Translations under genes and position numbers: made by a program | In this document: piece by piece, positions 62,361 through 64,000 of the stretch | How the letters are laid out: each line of letters starts with the position of its first letter | Position numbering within the stretch: position 1 is the stretch's first letter | The notes under the pieces: generated by a model | Database searches by the model: none | The model's input: the letters and a program-made list of their open reading frames with translations, nothing else | What the model was told of the DNA's origin: nothing | Source: Polyangiaceae bacterium | Lineage (GTDB): Bacteria; Myxococcota_A; Polyangia; Polyangiales; Polyangiaceae | Direction: 5' to 3' | Length of the DNA stretch: 64,000 nucleotides | Assembly (NCBI GenBank): GCA_050287085.1 | Contig: JBNKBE010000010.1 | Span: 163,665-227,664 of the forward strand

Positions 62361-62376
62361 TGCGAAGGTTGTGCCA
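62361..62376 (-). promoter_or_regulatory. Sigma-54 promoter of the Nit1C operon
   Basis: Minus strand TGGCACAACCTTCGCA, ~130 nt upstream of nitB. Confidence 0.75.
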
Positions 62377-62554
62377 GCGCTCGCGTCTTGGCGTGGTGCA
62401 GTCTCCTTTTGCGCAAATTCGGCGCCGGCCTTCGAGGGTGCGGCGTGTTTCGAAACTCTCTTGCAACGCGCAACTTCCTGCGAGTCACAAGAAGCTGTGG
62501 GCTGAAGTGCCGAAATCCTGTGGGGCGCCACTCGCGCAATCATCTGGTTACCGT

Positions 62555-62603
62555 GGCGACATGGGCGCGGGCGACATCGGCGCGGGCGACATCGGCGCGG
62601 GCG
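62555..62603. repeat. Tandem 15-bp repeat x3
   Basis: GGCGACAT(G/C)GGCGCG three times head-to-tail. Confidence 0.85.
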
Positions 62604-62786
62604 GCCGAGCAAAGCTTGCTACCTACTCAGGGCGCCGGACGCCAAGGGCTCGCATGCGGTAGGCCAGGGTACTCGGACTGAGGCCGAGCAGTTGCGCTGC
62701 GCCTCGGGGACCGGCGACCTTCCATCCGCAGCGCTTCAGAGCGGCGCGAAGATTGTCGCGTTCGAGCTGACGCAGCTCGTCGTCGC

Positions 62787-63929
62787 TCAGAATCCGAGCC
62801 CCGAGGCGGAAGAATAATACGTGTCGAGCTTGGCGCCGACGTCGAATAGCTCAGGGATCTCGCGGTTTGGATCACACGGCGGCCGATAGGGCGTCGCTGT
62901 CTGGGCTAGCACTTGAGGCGCGCATGCGGAGAGGCGCACCGCGGGTTCGCTGCAGTCGTCGTCGACGAAGCCTTGGCCATCGATAGTGTGGTTAGAGAGT
63001 CGGGCACCCAGCGCAGCATATCCACCACGTAGGGGATATGCTTGGTCAAGCTGGCACGCTCGACGACGGCCTCGCGCCCGAGCGCGCCGTCTTCAAACTC
63101 CAGGTTCATAAGCACGAGGGAGGCGTCTCCGCTCAGCACGGGTTCACGCGTGGCGGATACGAAGAGTGAAGGGGAAACGGGCTGAGCGGCGCGAAAGGTT
63201 TCGGTACCGTGCTCGCGACAGCCTTGGTCTTGGTAGCGCGTGTAGACGGTGCCCGTGGTCGCCGCTCCCGATGCTCGAAACGCGTCGTACCGGTCGGAAG
63301 GTGACGAACAGTAGGTCGCCGGCGGGCGGGTCGCAATCTTCCACGACCAATACCGGTTGTTCGCACAGCGGGTCGGCGCAATACAGGTTCGTGTAGCGTT
63401 GAGGCAAACATCTCGGCTCGCCGTCCCCTGCAGTCAGGGGGGCGCAGTCGATTTCTAGCTGGCTATCGTACCAGCCCAAACGCCCAATCACCTCGCCATC
63501 TGCCACCGCTACCCGCGCCTTGAGTCGCTCACCGGATTGGATCCAAGAGTTCAGCTCGATGGAGGCCTCCACGACCCCCGCGTCCGGGCCGTCATTGTCG
63601 TTCGTATCGTCACCGGTGTCATCCGTGGCGGCATCGGCGCTGTCATCTGCAACGTCATCGTTCTGAGCGTCGTCAGCGGTGTCATTCGCCACTGAGGCGT
63701 CCGTGTGGTCGTCCGCAGCGGGATCATCCTCTGCCGTATCGTTCGGCGCGTCGTCCGCGTCGTCACTGCTCGCGTCGCTTGACGTGTCATCCGCCGTGGC
63801 CGCGCCGCTCTTCGAGTCGCTCGTACAACCCGCACCCAGCACCAAACCACCCAGCACCCAAAGCCCAGTAACCCTCATGGGCCCAGGCCAGCGGCGAAGC
63901 GGGCGCGTGACAATAGCCAGGCCTTTCAC
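62787..63929 (-). pseudogene. Myxobacterial Cys-repeat lipoprotein interrupted by two frameshifts
   Basis: Lipobox GAGC, Asp-rich linker, SG.RLKAR...WYDSQL..DC...DG..RCLP; coding continues in other frames (see finding). Confidence 0.6.
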
Positions 63930-64000
63930 CGAGACTCTGACTCTCCTTTCTGCGCTATCGCCTGCACGTTCCGCCCGCGCAGCGCAATTCGTCCGGGCAC

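Noticed and set aside
49253..62603. Short repeats as CRISPR arrays
   Set aside because: Units are 10-15 bp with no unique spacers and no cas genes

Overview
GC-rich (~60%) bacterial window. The flanking genes point to a myxobacterial (Myxococcota, probably Polyangiales-like) host: a MYXO-CTERM-type sorting tail and Gly/Asp-rich 'DAG' linker lipoproteins. About 39 kb (2.4-41.8 kb) is a complete, apparently intact Mo-nitrogenase (group I) supercluster of the Azotobacter/Stutzerimonas gammaproteobacterial type. It contains nifHDKTY-ENX-B-Q, iscA-nifUSVW-M-clpX, nifLA, rnfABCDGEH, modABC, nafY, nifF, nifZ, grx-bolA-rhodanese and LRV. Seven readable sigma-54 (-24/-12) promoters are paired with NifA TGT-N10-ACA-type sites. 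The cluster is rearranged, rich in TAG stops, has two seemingly leaderless sigma-54 transcripts, and has recruited unknown genes into the NifA regulon. To the right are an uncharacterised four-gene lipid-like module (AUR1/PAP2-like, PEP-synthase-like dikinase, ceramide-synthase/YghO-like GNAT, UbiA prenyltransferase), a GH10 xylanase and SGNH esterase pair, a WYL regulator with a palindromic operator, a CoA-transferase-GNAT fusion, a sigma-54-driven Nit1C (MSMEG_0565-0572-type) nitrilase cluster, and a doubly frameshifted myxobacterial lipoprotein gene. No rRNA, tRNA, CRISPR, integrase or transposase was seen. All calls are by motif recognition; no database searches were run.
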